Part shown: positions 9,970 to 20,043 of the stretch, piece by piece | How positions within the stretch are numbered: the stretch's first letter is position 1 | Layout: the number at the start of each line of letters is the position of its first letter | Source of the DNA: Ignavibacteriota bacterium | GTDB lineage: Bacteria > Bacteroidota > Ignavibacteria > UBA10030 > UBA6906 | Assembly (NCBI GenBank): GCA_963801355.1 | Contig: CAWDEM010000008.1 | Location: 160,001-224,000 of the forward strand | DNA length: 64,000 nucleotides | Direction of reading: 5' to 3' | Notes under the pieces: model-generated | Database searches by the model: none | Told to the model about the DNA's origin: nothing | What the model saw: the letters and a program-made list of their open reading frames with translations, nothing else | Program-made: the position numbers and the translations under genes

Positions 9970-10917
9970 CTATGCCTTCTGTTCTTTCCTTGCCTCGGTG
10001 AAGATCTTGCTCACCATCGCCACGAAGCCGGCGGCATCAGAGAGATTCGAAGGGATGATCATCGTATTCGAGGTTTTCGCCAGCTTACCGAATTCTGAGA
10101 TGTAGGCTTCGGCGATCCTCAGATTCACCGCATCCGAACCGCCGCGCTCGTTGATGGCGTTTGCGATTTCGCGGATCCCCTTGGCCGTTGCCATGGCCAC
10201 GCGCTCGATCTCCTGCCCCCGTCCCTCCGCCTCATTGATGCGCTTCATTTTCTCGCCCTCGGACTTGGCGATGGCTTCCTGTTTGTCACCCTCTGCGCGG
10301 TTGATCTTGGCCTGTTTGTCTCCTTCCGACTCCGCTATCAGTGCCCGCTTCTCGCGCTCGGCGCGCATCTGTTTCTCCATGGCATCTTTGATGCTGACCG
10401 GCGGCTGAATATTCTTGATTTCATAGCGCGTGACTTTTAATCCCCAGGGCTCGGCTGCCTTGTCGATGGCCGAGACCACTTCGTGATTGATCTTCTCGCG
10501 TTCTTCGAAGCTCCTGTCGAGTTCAATCTTCCCGACCTCGCTGCGCATGGTCGTCTGGGCGAGCTGTACCGATGCGAAGGCGTAATCGCTTACACCGTAG
10601 GAGGTCTTGACGGGATCGATGATCTGGTAGTACAGGACGCCGTCCACTTCCACCTGGATATTATCCTTGGTGATACAGATCTGAGGAGCCACATCGATGG
10701 CGATCTCCTTCAGTGAGTGCTTGTAGGCGATCCTGTCGATGAACGGCACAAGGATATGGAAGCCGGCTTCGAGGGTACGGCTGTACTTGCCGAGGCGCTC
10801 AATAATAAACACCGTCTTCTGTGGCACGACACGCGCCGTCTTGATCAATATGATGAACGCGACAAGAATCAGCCCGAGAATGATGAGCATCTGCACTGCG
10901 CTGGCCTTTTCTTCCAT
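9970..10917 (-). CDS. SPFH/stomatin-like protein (QmcA/paraslipin type)
   Basis: ERLGKY, ITKDN...VDGV, AQTTMRS, AMEKQMRAEREKRA, Band7_C-like tail. Confidence 0.93.
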   Translation of the reverse strand: MEEKASAVQMLIILGLILVAFIILIKTARVVPQKTVFIIERLGKYSRTLEAGFHILVPFIDRIAYKHSLKEIAIDVAPQICITKDNIQVEVDGVLYYQIIDPVKTSYGVSDYAFASVQLAQTTMRSEVGKIELDRSFEEREKINHEVVSAIDKAAEPWGLKVTRYEIKNIQPPVSIKDAMEKQMRAEREKRALIAESEGDKQAKINRAEGDKQEAIAKSEGEKMKRINEAEGRGQEIERVAMATAKGIREIANAINERGGSDAVNLRIAEAYISEFGKLAKTSNTMIIPSNLSDAAGFVAMVSKIFTEARKEQKA

Positions 10918-10929
10918 GGTGTCCTCTCC

Positions 10930-11388
10930 TTAGGATACGGGTTTGACGCGCAAGACGAGACTCTGTTGGGCGATGATTTCCACCGGCTGGCCGGCGGCGA
11001 TCGGCGTGTCGGATTCCGCATTCCATGGTGTGCCGTGGAATTCCACCTGACCGCCGGGCATGTTCGGGTTGATGGGGGAGATCGTGACGGCGCGCTGCCC
11101 GCGAATGTCGTCCAGAGATTCCCCGGGTTTCATGGCTCTTGTCACGTCGCCCTTGAAGTACTTTTGCCCCTTCTTTCTGAAGAGCACTAGCGACAGGACC
11201 GAGGAGATGAGGAAGACGAGGAGCTGGGCGTTGAGCCCGGGGAGGAGTCCGAAGGCTGCAAGCGCCGCCGTGATCCATGCACCGATGCCGAAAAAGACGA
11301 TAACGAAACCGGGCAGTATCAATTCCGAGAGGAGCAACACGAGGCCGATAATGAACCAGAGGAGTTCGGCATTGGTCGAGTCGAACAT
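10930..11388 (-). CDS. Short NfeD-family protein (SPFH partner)
   Basis: Three TM helices with E.ILPGF, C-terminal OB fold GQVEFHGTPWNA; adjacent to the SPFH gene. Confidence 0.88.
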   Translation of the reverse strand: MFDSTNAELLWFIIGLVLLLSELILPGFVIVFFGIGAWITAALAAFGLLPGLNAQLLVFLISSVLSLVLFRKKGQKYFKGDVTRAMKPGESLDDIRGQRAVTISPINPNMPGGQVEFHGTPWNAESDTPIAAGQPVEIIAQQSLVLRVKPVS

Positions 11389-11414
11389 GGCGAAGCCTCT
11401 TCAGTTGTGTGTCG

Positions 11415-12371
11415 TCAGAACTCTACTCTCACTGCAATGGTATGTCCGTTGCCAAGATCATCCGCCAGGCGGCTGAAGCCGTAATCGACGCCGAAGACGC
11501 CGTACTGAATCCCGCCGCCCAGGCTGAGCCCCCGGCCGGTGGACCCGAATTGATATCCGGAACGGAGAAAGAATGTGTTCTTGAATCCCCACTCGCCGCC
11601 GATTCTGGCAAGGAATTGCGATTCGGCGAAGACATGTTCGACGTCCGCAGCCAGAATCGTCGTGGAGAAGAGATCGGGGAGATCGAATGCATAAGCGGCC
11701 CCCGCGCGCATCAGGGCGGGAAGCTCCAGTGGCTCACTCCTGAATTTCGACATGGAACCGATATTGGCAATCACCGCACCCACGGTCAAGCCGTCGGCCA
11801 GGCCGTCGTACTGAACGCCCGCGTCCAGGGCTGCACCCTGCGCGTCGTCCACGAGAATCTGTTCGTAGAGATAGCGCGCTGTGAAGCCGGCCCGCAGGCC
11901 GGGCTCGATCTCGTAACAATATGAAAGCCCGACAGCGAGATCGCGCGAGGAAAATGTCCCCTGGGATTCCCCGGGCCGGGTGCGGATCTCGATATCCGGT
12001 ACCGCGCTAGTGAGAACAGAAACCCCCAGGGAGTGCTGTCCGCCGAGGCTCATCCGCGCTGCAAGAAACTCGGTGCGGGTGTCCTGAATCCATTCCTTGT
12101 GCATAAAGAGAAGATCGGAACTACTCCCGGAAGAAGTGCCGGCACGGAGCCCGGCGGGATTGTAGAACGTTGCCGCTGCGCCGCGGACGGCCCCTGTCAT
12201 GGCGTCCCCCATCGCCACTCCCCGGGCGGATGTGCCCAGTTTCATGAATGCCAGTCCGGTTGCACCGGCGCCCGCACGCGCGTGTGTTCCGGCGGCGAGG
12301 AGCAGAGACATCAGGAGAAGAGCAAAACAAGCTCCCCGCGACAACACAAAGGATGTTGGATCACGGTGCAT
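11415..12371 (-). CDS. PorV/PorQ-family outer-membrane beta-barrel
   Basis: GLAFMKLGTSARGVAMG, FYNPAGL, LRSGY, terminal Phe; GAGGA upstream of ATG 12371. Confidence 0.85.
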   Translation of the reverse strand: MHRDPTSFVLSRGACFALLLMSLLLAAGTHARAGAGATGLAFMKLGTSARGVAMGDAMTGAVRGAAATFYNPAGLRAGTSSGSSSDLLFMHKEWIQDTRTEFLAARMSLGGQHSLGVSVLTSAVPDIEIRTRPGESQGTFSSRDLAVGLSYCYEIEPGLRAGFTARYLYEQILVDDAQGAALDAGVQYDGLADGLTVGAVIANIGSMSKFRSEPLELPALMRAGAAYAFDLPDLFSTTILAADVEHVFAESQFLARIGGEWGFKNTFFLRSGYQFGSTGRGLSLGGGIQYGVFGVDYGFSRLADDLGNGHTIAVRVEF

Positions 12372-12378
12372 GATTTCC

Positions 12379-13350
12379 TCAGAACGCCACAGAAACGGTA
12401 ATGACATGGATGTCCGCCGGGGAGAAGGGTTCGATGATGAAGGCATAATGCACAGCGGGCGTCCACCCGCTCATCGGCTGCCTGAATGTGAATCCCACGG
12501 AAGGTTTGATGCCGTTGCCTTTTTCCTTGAGATCCATCCGGTCCACCCCGGCGCGGACGGAAATCTCGGGAAGGATGGAGAATTCCGCTCCAGCCCGCGC
12601 GAGGACGGATGCCTTGTTGCTGAATTCCACTTCGGCACCGATGATACCCAGACTGTCCGGCAATTGATACGACAGCGCCGCGGTGTAGAGTTGCGGCAAG
12701 GGTGCCTCGCTGGTCTGCCCGCTCTGGCCAAAGAGCGTTCCGGTGTCCCATTTGTAGCGGGAGTTGAAATTGCGCACCGTAAACGCCGCGCCAAGCCGCG
12801 GGGTAACCAGGTAGTAGGCCCCGAAATCGAATCCCACAGTGGTGGACGCCACATCGGTGTAGAGATGGTAATAGTGCAGCTTCACATTTATGCCGGCACT
12901 GAACTCCGGACTGAATCGTATGCCGAAGCCGAGGAAGAACAGGTTTTCCGATGTCCGCAGGGCACCGGTTTGCTCGCCGTCCCCGTCCCGTCCATCGATG
13001 TCGTGGACTCCCGAGTTGATCACGTTGATGGCAAGCCCCGCTTTCGGCGGGAGGGGCATTGCATACGACAGGAAATTGAGAGAGCGGTCAAGGCTGAGAA
13101 TTCCCATCGAAGCAGATCCCGAGCGGGATTCGGCAAACGGAAGCAGCGCCGGATTGTAATAGCTCGTCGGGTCACCCGTTGTCACAGCGGACAGGGCATT
13201 GCCCATTGCCATGCCCCGCGCGCCGAAGCCCATTCGTCCCATTGCGCCGGGTTGACCGGCGAGCTGCGCGTGGGCTACGGATAAAGCGCATGGTGCGGCA
13301 AACACCGCGATCAAGAAAATGCGAACGAGTCCCGGATACAGGCGGTTCAT
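12379..13350 (-). CDS. Second PorV/PorQ-like outer-membrane beta-barrel
   Basis: GFGARGMAMGNA, YYNPALL, VRAG, terminal Phe; ATGA overlap with the upstream gene. Confidence 0.75.
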   Translation of the reverse strand: MNRLYPGLVRIFLIAVFAAPCALSVAHAQLAGQPGAMGRMGFGARGMAMGNALSAVTTGDPTSYYNPALLPFAESRSGSASMGILSLDRSLNFLSYAMPLPPKAGLAINVINSGVHDIDGRDGDGEQTGALRTSENLFFLGFGIRFSPEFSAGINVKLHYYHLYTDVASTTVGFDFGAYYLVTPRLGAAFTVRNFNSRYKWDTGTLFGQSGQTSEAPLPQLYTAALSYQLPDSLGIIGAEVEFSNKASVLARAGAEFSILPEISVRAGVDRMDLKEKGNGIKPSVGFTFRQPMSGWTPAVHYAFIIEPFSPADIHVITVSVAF

Positions 13351-14915
13351 TGCAGCACCATGATTTTGCCCCACACCGGTTCCTGCCCGTCGAGTGTCAC
13401 GCGGTAGAAATAGACGCCATTGGTTAACACCTGCCCGGCGTCGTCGGCGCCGTTCCAGATTTCATCCTGCTCGCCCCCGCCGGTCCGCTGCGCGTCTTTG
13501 ACCAGGGTGCGGATCCGGTTCATCCCGAAATCGAAAACTTCGACCGTCACCGATGCTCCGCCGGAGGGGACCGCATAGTGGATCCGGATCGCTTCTGATT
13601 TCGGTGAGAACGGGTTCGGGTAGGCGTACGTTGCCGGGGATGCGGGGAGAGGAGCGAAAGAGCGGAGGATTTCCCACTCTTCGCCGAACGGATGGACGGG
13701 GGAGTCTTCTGTCTTCAACAGGCCTTCTGAGCTTCCGCAGTAGACTGTGCTGCCCTCGACGCCGACCGCAAAGAACTTGTTTTCGGTGATCCTCCCGCGG
13801 GTGATCTGATCGATGATCGTGCCGGTGCGGGTCCACGAAGTCCCGCCATCGGACGTCCGAAAGACGCCGGCTTCCGTCGCCACGTAGGTGATGGTGTCCC
13901 TGAAGGCGAAGCCGTAGGCTTTGTATCCGGCGAGATGGTTTCTCCAGGTCCGCCCGCCGTTGTCGGTGTATGACACGCCGTACTTCTGATCCGCGCCTTC
14001 CGCCGGCCAGTTGGTAGTCCAGATCCGCGTGCCCCAGGGAAACCGCTGCCCGTCGATGGCGATCACCCAGTCGCTGAGAATGCCTTCGCTCTGAAGATCC
14101 TTCCTGAACTTCGTCCAACTGATTCCGCCGTCGGTCGACCGGTTGATGCCTCCCGCTGTTCCCACCCAGATGGTATCGTCGTCCTGGGCATAGACCGAGA
14201 ATGCGAGATAGTTGTTGTCCTGCCGCGGGTCGATCTTGTAGCCCACCAGCGTATCGGTGGGTGCGATGGAGGGCATCAGTTTCGATGGCAGGACGATGCG
14301 CTGCCATGTTGCTCCGCGATCGGTGGATTTGCGTACCCCGCTTGACCAGCTCGCAATCCAGACGGTGCCCGCACTCAGGGCGATGTCAAACGTCACGTTT
14401 TGTTCGGGGACGACGATCGGGAGAAATCTGACGGTATTGATTCCGTACGTCACGACGCTGTCACCCCGGGGGTCAAGAGTCTGGGCGAGTGCGGACCACG
14501 CGGTCCCGTTGTCAAGCGAATAGGTGTACCCACTGCCGGTCTGCACGGATTGTCCATCCACATCTTTGGAGAAGCCCGTCGAAACCCAGACGGAATCACC
14601 GCGCACGGCCACTGCAAAGATGCCTTTGCTTGCGAACTGGGGAACGTGTACGAACCGCTCCCATGTCCGTCCGCCGTCAGAGCTGCGGGCGAGACCTTTG
14701 CTCGTTCCTATCCATACGGTGGTACCGCGTACAGAGATGTGGGAGACGGAATTGCTGGGGATTATTCCCGAGATCTCGCCGCGCGCGCCGTCAAGAGTAT
14801 AAGACTTCAAGAAACGGGATTGAGCGCGGGCGGCTGAAGGAGAGCCGTCTGTGCCGGCTCCCAGAACGGCCGCGACGAGGGTCAGGATGATCGCTAATCG
14901 TGTCATGGCCGTCAA
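13347..14915 (-). CDS. BNR/Asp-box beta-propeller protein with FlgD-Ig/T9SS-like C-terminal domain
   Basis: Signal peptide; repeated S.D.G.TW Asp-boxes and WIGT/WVGT blades; YAYPNPFSP...WNG.D..G..L.NGVYFYRV...GKIMVLQ. Confidence 0.8.
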   Translation of the reverse strand: MTAMTRLAIILTLVAAVLGAGTDGSPSAARAQSRFLKSYTLDGARGEISGIIPSNSVSHISVRGTTVWIGTSKGLARSSDGGRTWERFVHVPQFASKGIFAVAVRGDSVWVSTGFSKDVDGQSVQTGSGYTYSLDNGTAWSALAQTLDPRGDSVVTYGINTVRFLPIVVPEQNVTFDIALSAGTVWIASWSSGVRKSTDRGATWQRIVLPSKLMPSIAPTDTLVGYKIDPRQDNNYLAFSVYAQDDDTIWVGTAGGINRSTDGGISWTKFRKDLQSEGILSDWVIAIDGQRFPWGTRIWTTNWPAEGADQKYGVSYTDNGGRTWRNHLAGYKAYGFAFRDTITYVATEAGVFRTSDGGTSWTRTGTIIDQITRGRITENKFFAVGVEGSTVYCGSSEGLLKTEDSPVHPFGEEWEILRSFAPLPASPATYAYPNPFSPKSEAIRIHYAVPSGGASVTVEVFDFGMNRIRTLVKDAQRTGGGEQDEIWNGADDAGQVLTNGVYFYRVTLDGQEPVWGKIMVLQ

Positions 14916-16051
14916 TTGATAGTGATGTTCTTTGTGGAGTCGGCGCGCGCGGCAAAACGGTCCGTGACCGAGAACATGAATGCCTTCACTCCCGGGGAGT
15001 TCGAGGAACTGATTTCCAGGATTGAGGCGTACGAGCCGTCATGTGCGGTGGAGTCGCCATGGGTCTGCAGGTTTCCATCGTCATAGAGTGGAAAGGGAAC
15101 CGGACTCGCGGCGCTCATGTTGCGGAAATAGACAGAATCGATATCCGTGAGGCCGTCATCATCGGCCACCGTGACCCTGAAAATGACCGTGCTGGTGCCG
15201 CTGGCGGGCCGCTGAATGGTGGATGGCACAGAGAGGGCGACAAACCGCGGAACCGCGTTGGCCACGGGCCGGCGGGCAACGTTGCTCGCATGGCCTGCCC
15301 TGTCCGCGGCGCTGAATTCAAAAATGACATCGTGGATATCACCGAGCGGCGCTACCCACAAAGGCAGCGAAAATATCCCGTCGCCCGCAACTGCGTCGGC
15401 GTGTAGTTTCACGCCGTCGTCATACATTGCGTGCAGGGTGTTGTCTTTCGCCCCAATGGCACGCACGGTCACCTGTGATATATCCCCAAGGCCATTTGCG
15501 TCAGTTGCAGTGATGCTGAGTGCGTATCTGGTGGAATCGGCACCGGACGTGACAAGGAGACGGGCACCAGGCGAACTCAGGGCGGGAGTGCTCTTTCCCC
15601 TGAAGACCGGGATCTGCTGCACAAATGTCGCGCTCGCGTGGCCCGCCTGATCGACCGCCGAGATCTCCAGACGGTAGACTCCGGTTGCACCTGCATCGAC
15701 GGTGAACGAAAGCGGGCTGTTGCCAGTGACGGGTTCTGACTGGGTGGATGGCATGACGATGGTGCATTTCCCGGATGCCAGCCGCGAATCGCCGGACGGA
15801 GCGAACAGGACATACGTGATGGAAGTGACGTCAGAGGCCCCCTGAGGATCTCTGACAGTTGCGGCGAGCGCTGCATAGAGCGGATACGAAGTCCCCTGGG
15901 TCATTGCGTCGAGGTCGAAAGCCGCCGGGGTGACGGTCGCCGACTGCAGATACGGCGCGGAGCCTTGAGTGTCTACCGGGTCGAGGGGATTATTCTCGCA
16001 CGAGACAAACGGAAGCAAGAAAAGAATAATCGCGAGGGAGGATATGCGCAT
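14912..16051 (-). CDS. Lipoprotein with Ig-like and choice-of-anchor-X-like repeats
   Basis: MRISSLAIILFLLPFVS-C lipobox; two Y-DDG...D..A.DG.(F/Y) motifs; D.(Q/N/D)G..D(I/V) repeats. Confidence 0.65.
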   Translation of the reverse strand: MRISSLAIILFLLPFVSCENNPLDPVDTQGSAPYLQSATVTPAAFDLDAMTQGTSYPLYAALAATVRDPQGASDVTSITYVLFAPSGDSRLASGKCTIVMPSTQSEPVTGNSPLSFTVDAGATGVYRLEISAVDQAGHASATFVQQIPVFRGKSTPALSSPGARLLVTSGADSTRYALSITATDANGLGDISQVTVRAIGAKDNTLHAMYDDGVKLHADAVAGDGIFSLPLWVAPLGDIHDVIFEFSAADRAGHASNVARRPVANAVPRFVALSVPSTIQRPASGTSTVIFRVTVADDDGLTDIDSVYFRNMSAASPVPFPLYDDGNLQTHGDSTAHDGSYASILEISSSNSPGVKAFMFSVTDRFAARADSTKNITIN

Positions 16052-16199
16052 AGGACGTTCGGTTCCGGAATCCGACATACACAGCTGCTCTTCAGTACCA
16101 ACGTCCAGTATGCGTGCGATCCCGTGCGAGTTGAACAATGGTGGAGTAGTTGCACCAAAAGTACGCAAAACTGGCAGGAAAGTCAATATGAATTCCGGC

Positions 16200-16244
16200 G
16201 GCAGCGGGATGCGGCACCGAAATGCCAGGCGGCACCGGGATGCC
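16200..16244. repeat. Three imperfect direct repeats of a GGCA-N6-TGC(C) palindrome in the divergent intergenic region
   Basis: ggcagcgggatgc 16200-16212, ggcaccgaaatgcc 16213-16226, ggcaccgggatgcc 16231-16244. Confidence 0.6.
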
Positions 16245-16287
16245 CCTTGCATTCACGGTCATTCATTCGTTTCTTTAAGGAACGACC

Positions 16288-19200
16288 ATGTATCACAACC
16301 GCCACCTTAAGTTGCGCCCATATCTTCTTCTCGCAGTCGCCCTGGTCGTGAACGGTTTAGGGCCGCACCCGCTGGGAGCGGCATTACGCGCAGGACACCC
16401 CGCTGCCTGTGAATCGCAGCAAACGGCAGCGGGAGATGTCATTCCGGGCACGGTGATCGTCAAGTTCAGATCTGACCCGACGCAAACCTCCGGGATCCCC
16501 GGCAAGGCCGGCACGACGCTCTTCCTTTCGTGGACCCGACTGGGAGCGACGTCGATGCGCAGGATGTTCCCGCCGACCCCCTCTCTCGGGAAGGTACCGC
16601 CATCCACCGACAGCGTCGGGCTCTCCCGGGTGTATACACTCACGCTACGCGACGGTCTCGATCCTGTCGCAGTTGCCAGGCACATTGCGGAAGATCCCGG
16701 TGTGGAGTACGCCGAACCGAAGTACTACCAGCGCCTGTGCACCGAACCGAACGATCCCTTGCTGGTCAATCAGGCAGCCGCGCTCACACGCATGAACGCA
16801 TACGCCGGCTGGAGCCTTGCCAGAGGGAGCGCTGCGGTGATCATTGCGGATGTGGACGGCGGGACTGATTGGCAGCACGAAGACCTGCTGGCGAACGTCC
16901 ACGTCAAACAGGGTGAAGACCTGAACCAAAACGGCGTGTTCGATCCCGGCGACCTGAACGGCATTGATGATGACGGCAACGGGTACGTTGACGATATTGT
17001 CGGCTGGAATTTCACAACCAATACCTACAATCCGGCCGGCGTGAGCACTGCGCCTGGAAGTTATGCGCATGGCACGGCAACCGCAAGCCATTTCGGGGCC
17101 GTCACCAACAACGGCAAGGGGATGGCGGGCTCAAGCTGGAACTGCGCATTGATGCCCGTCTGTGCCGCGGCCACTTCCGGGGACAATCTCATTTCCTTTG
17201 GCTACGAGGGGATAGTCTACGCATACCAGAACGGTGCCTCGGTCATCAATTGCAGCTGGGGCCGGGCAGGCGGTTATTCGCAATTCGAACAGGATGTGAT
17301 CACGGCCGCCACGGCCGCGGGTGCGCTCGTCGTCGCTGCGGCAGGGAATGAGAGCAGCAATAACGACCTTGCTGCGCATTACCCATCGAACTATACGGGG
17401 GTACTCGGTGTCGGAGCCACGTACGCCACGGACGATGTAGTTGCACCGTTCTCCAACTATGGCAAGCGGGTTCAGGTTTTCGCCTCCGGCGTGAACATCT
17501 TCAGCGCGATTGCCGGCGGGGGATACGGAAACGGGGGAAGCGGCACGTCGTATTCAAGTCCGTATGTCGCAGGACTCGCGGGAATCCTGCGTGGGGCCTT
17601 CCCGGCATGGACGCCGGTGCAGATTGCCGCACAGATCCGAACAACCGCAGACCCGATCGAGAGCGTGAACCCCGGCTATGGCGGCTCCCTGGGCCGCGGA
17701 AGAGTGAATTTCGAGCGCGCATTGACGGAATCGCATGCTGCCCTGAACCTTACATCAGGTGAACTCCGGACCGCCGACGGTCAGAAGCTCTTTCTTACGG
17801 GAGACACGCTTGTGCTTTCATTGCGGGTGAAGAACGTGCTCTTTGTGCCTGCAACCGATTGCCGGATTGCGGCCACCACGTCTGACCCGTCGCTGGAGGT
17901 CATCAGCGGTGTTGCCGCTGTGAGCGGAATTGCACCGGGCGAAGAAACAGACGTGCTGGTGATGACGTTTCGGGTCGGCGCTCTTGACCGCGTGCGTGAG
18001 GTTGCTCTGCGGGTGGTCTGGACCTATAACGGAACGGAACAAGACGGTGCGGTATTCCGCGCTGTGCTGTTTCCGGAGGTTCCGCTCTGGCTCCTCCAGC
18101 GCGACGGATCCAGTGCGAGCCTGTACAGCGTGCGCGCGGCGAGCAAAGATGTCGTCTGGGCTTCCGGAGGCAATGGATCCGCTTCCGGACCTCTGGTCCT
18201 TCGATCCACTGACGGTGGAGGAAGTTGGGAGGATGCCACGGGGTCGCTGCAGGACGTGGACCTCTACTGTATTGATGCCCTCGATGACCGGCGCGCATGG
18301 GTCGGCACTTCCGACGGCCGTATCTTTGCCACGGCCGACGGGGGATCGACCTGGACGGTACAGTCGTATCCGGGGCGCCAGAGTCCGTTTATTGACGCAG
18401 TGAGAATCTTCCCCGACGGCACGGGTTATGCACTCGGTGATCCGCCGTTCGACGGGAAGTTCGTTGTACTCAAGACGCAGGATTTCGGCGGCACGTGGGT
18501 TCACCTGGCAAACGAACCCGGACTCAACACATCCGAGGCCGGCTGGAACAATTCGTTCTGGTGGTCGGATGCGCAGAACGGATGGTTCGGGACGAACATG
18601 AACCGTGTCTGGCATACCTCTGACGCAGGAGCCACGTGGTCCTCCGCTGCAACAGGTTCAAGCAACAGCTTTGGTGTCGCCTTCAACAGCGCTACCACAG
18701 GTTACGCGGTTCACGATAACGGCTATGTGGCACGGTCGACCAACGGGGGACAGTCGTGGAGCCCCGTGCCGCTCTCCACTACCGAACAGGTGGCTGCGGT
18801 TGCCTGTGTACCGGCGACAGGTGTGGCGTGGGTGGCCACCGGCACGAAGCCGTTCAGCACACGGGACGACGGAGTCACCTGGACTGCCGAGACGTTGTAC
18901 CCGTTCTCGGGTTCGATCACGCATGTGAGTTTCGCCGACACCACGATCGGATGGGCTGTAACTTCGAATGGGGAGATTCTCTGCTACGACCCATCCGCGG
19001 TGACCGCTGTTGCGGAGTCGCCTGTGCCGGAAGTGCCACTGGAGTATGCGCTGGAGCAGAACTATCCTAATCCGTTTAATCCGAGCACAATCATACAATT
19101 TTCGATTGTGGACCCACAATTCACTACTCTTCGCGTGTACGACGTGCTCGGACGAGAGGTTGCCGTCCTTGTACACGAGTGGAAGGCGCCCGGCAGGTAC

Positions 19201-19323
19201 CAGGTGGTATTCGACGGCAGCGGGTTGGCGAGCGGGATGTATTTCTGCCGGCTCCAGATCCGGGATGAACACGGTGCGGGCAGGCGGATTGTTGCCACAA
19301 AGAAGATGTTGTTGACCAGATAG
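16288..19323 (+). CDS. S8 subtilase with BNR/YCF48-like propeller and T9SS type A CTD
   Basis: Catalytic D (DVDGG), H (HGT), oxyanion N (AAAGN), S (GTSYSSP); Asp-box repeats; LEQNYPNPFNPST...SGMYFCRL...KKMLLTR. Confidence 0.92.
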   Translation: MYHNRHLKLRPYLLLAVALVVNGLGPHPLGAALRAGHPAACESQQTAAGDVIPGTVIVKFRSDPTQTSGIPGKAGTTLFLSWTRLGATSMRRMFPPTPSLGKVPPSTDSVGLSRVYTLTLRDGLDPVAVARHIAEDPGVEYAEPKYYQRLCTEPNDPLLVNQAAALTRMNAYAGWSLARGSAAVIIADVDGGTDWQHEDLLANVHVKQGEDLNQNGVFDPGDLNGIDDDGNGYVDDIVGWNFTTNTYNPAGVSTAPGSYAHGTATASHFGAVTNNGKGMAGSSWNCALMPVCAAATSGDNLISFGYEGIVYAYQNGASVINCSWGRAGGYSQFEQDVITAATAAGALVVAAAGNESSNNDLAAHYPSNYTGVLGVGATYATDDVVAPFSNYGKRVQVFASGVNIFSAIAGGGYGNGGSGTSYSSPYVAGLAGILRGAFPAWTPVQIAAQIRTTADPIESVNPGYGGSLGRGRVNFERALTESHAALNLTSGELRTADGQKLFLTGDTLVLSLRVKNVLFVPATDCRIAATTSDPSLEVISGVAAVSGIAPGEETDVLVMTFRVGALDRVREVALRVVWTYNGTEQDGAVFRAVLFPEVPLWLLQRDGSSASLYSVRAASKDVVWASGGNGSASGPLVLRSTDGGGSWEDATGSLQDVDLYCIDALDDRRAWVGTSDGRIFATADGGSTWTVQSYPGRQSPFIDAVRIFPDGTGYALGDPPFDGKFVVLKTQDFGGTWVHLANEPGLNTSEAGWNNSFWWSDAQNGWFGTNMNRVWHTSDAGATWSSAATGSSNSFGVAFNSATTGYAVHDNGYVARSTNGGQSWSPVPLSTTEQVAAVACVPATGVAWVATGTKPFSTRDDGVTWTAETLYPFSGSITHVSFADTTIGWAVTSNGEILCYDPSAVTAVAESPVPEVPLEYALEQNYPNPFNPSTIIQFSIVDPQFTTLRVYDVLGREVAVLVHEWKAPGRYQVVFDGSGLASGMYFCRLQIRDEHGAGRRIVATKKMLLTR

Positions 19324-19329
19324 GGGACG

Positions 19330-20013
19330 ATGAAGGCATTGTCGAAGTCATTGCTTGTCGCGCTGCTGATTGCGGCGGCCCGTGCGAATGCGCAGTTCGA
19401 GGGAATTGTCGAGAGCCGCAATTACACGCTCGATGAGCGCGGCGCCGGCCAGTATTTCAACATGACCATCTGGGTGCGCCGCGACATGGCCAAGATCCGC
19501 ATTCCATCGATGGGGGAAATTCCCGGATCGACCGTCATCTACCGGCACGATCGCAAGATCTCGTATGTGTTCAACGATGAGGACAAGACATACTTTGAGG
19601 TCTCGCTCGCGAATCAAGAGACGGAGCAACCACAGCGCGACCAGGATCCTGACAAGCCGAAAGTGGTGCGCACCAAGCGCGTGCGTAAGATTCTGGGCTT
19701 CCCGTGCGAGCAGCTGAAGTTGAAAAGAGGAGAATCGGAGACAGAAATCTGGGGGACGAAGAGCCTTGGCGATCTTGCCGCCCGCCTGGACTCGCTCCTG
19801 GGAGATTCAGAGACACGATCCCAGGGAACCGACATGGAGTTGCTCCGACAACTCAAGCTGTTTCCTCTGGTATCAGTGACCCGGTTCGAAGGGAAAATCG
19901 TTGATTCGCAGGAAGTAACAAAAATCATTCGCCGTGGGCTCACTGAAGATCTCTTCACCGTCCCCATCGGTTACAGGAAACAACCGGCAATGGAGTCGAT
20001 GGACGACCACTAG
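19330..20013 (+). CDS. DUF4412-like exported protein
   Basis: Signal peptide then FEGIV, DKTYFE, KILGFPC, EIWGT, LFTVP.GY. Confidence 0.65.
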   Translation: MKALSKSLLVALLIAAARANAQFEGIVESRNYTLDERGAGQYFNMTIWVRRDMAKIRIPSMGEIPGSTVIYRHDRKISYVFNDEDKTYFEVSLANQETEQPQRDQDPDKPKVVRTKRVRKILGFPCEQLKLKRGESETEIWGTKSLGDLAARLDSLLGDSETRSQGTDMELLRQLKLFPLVSVTRFEGKIVDSQEVTKIIRRGLTEDLFTVPIGYRKQPAMESMDDH

Positions 20014-20043
20014 GGCTCGTGACGACCCCGCGCAGGAACGCCG

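Noticed and set aside
12199-13284. 361-aa plus-strand ORF
   Set aside because: Antisense shadow of a PorV-like gene; no motifs.
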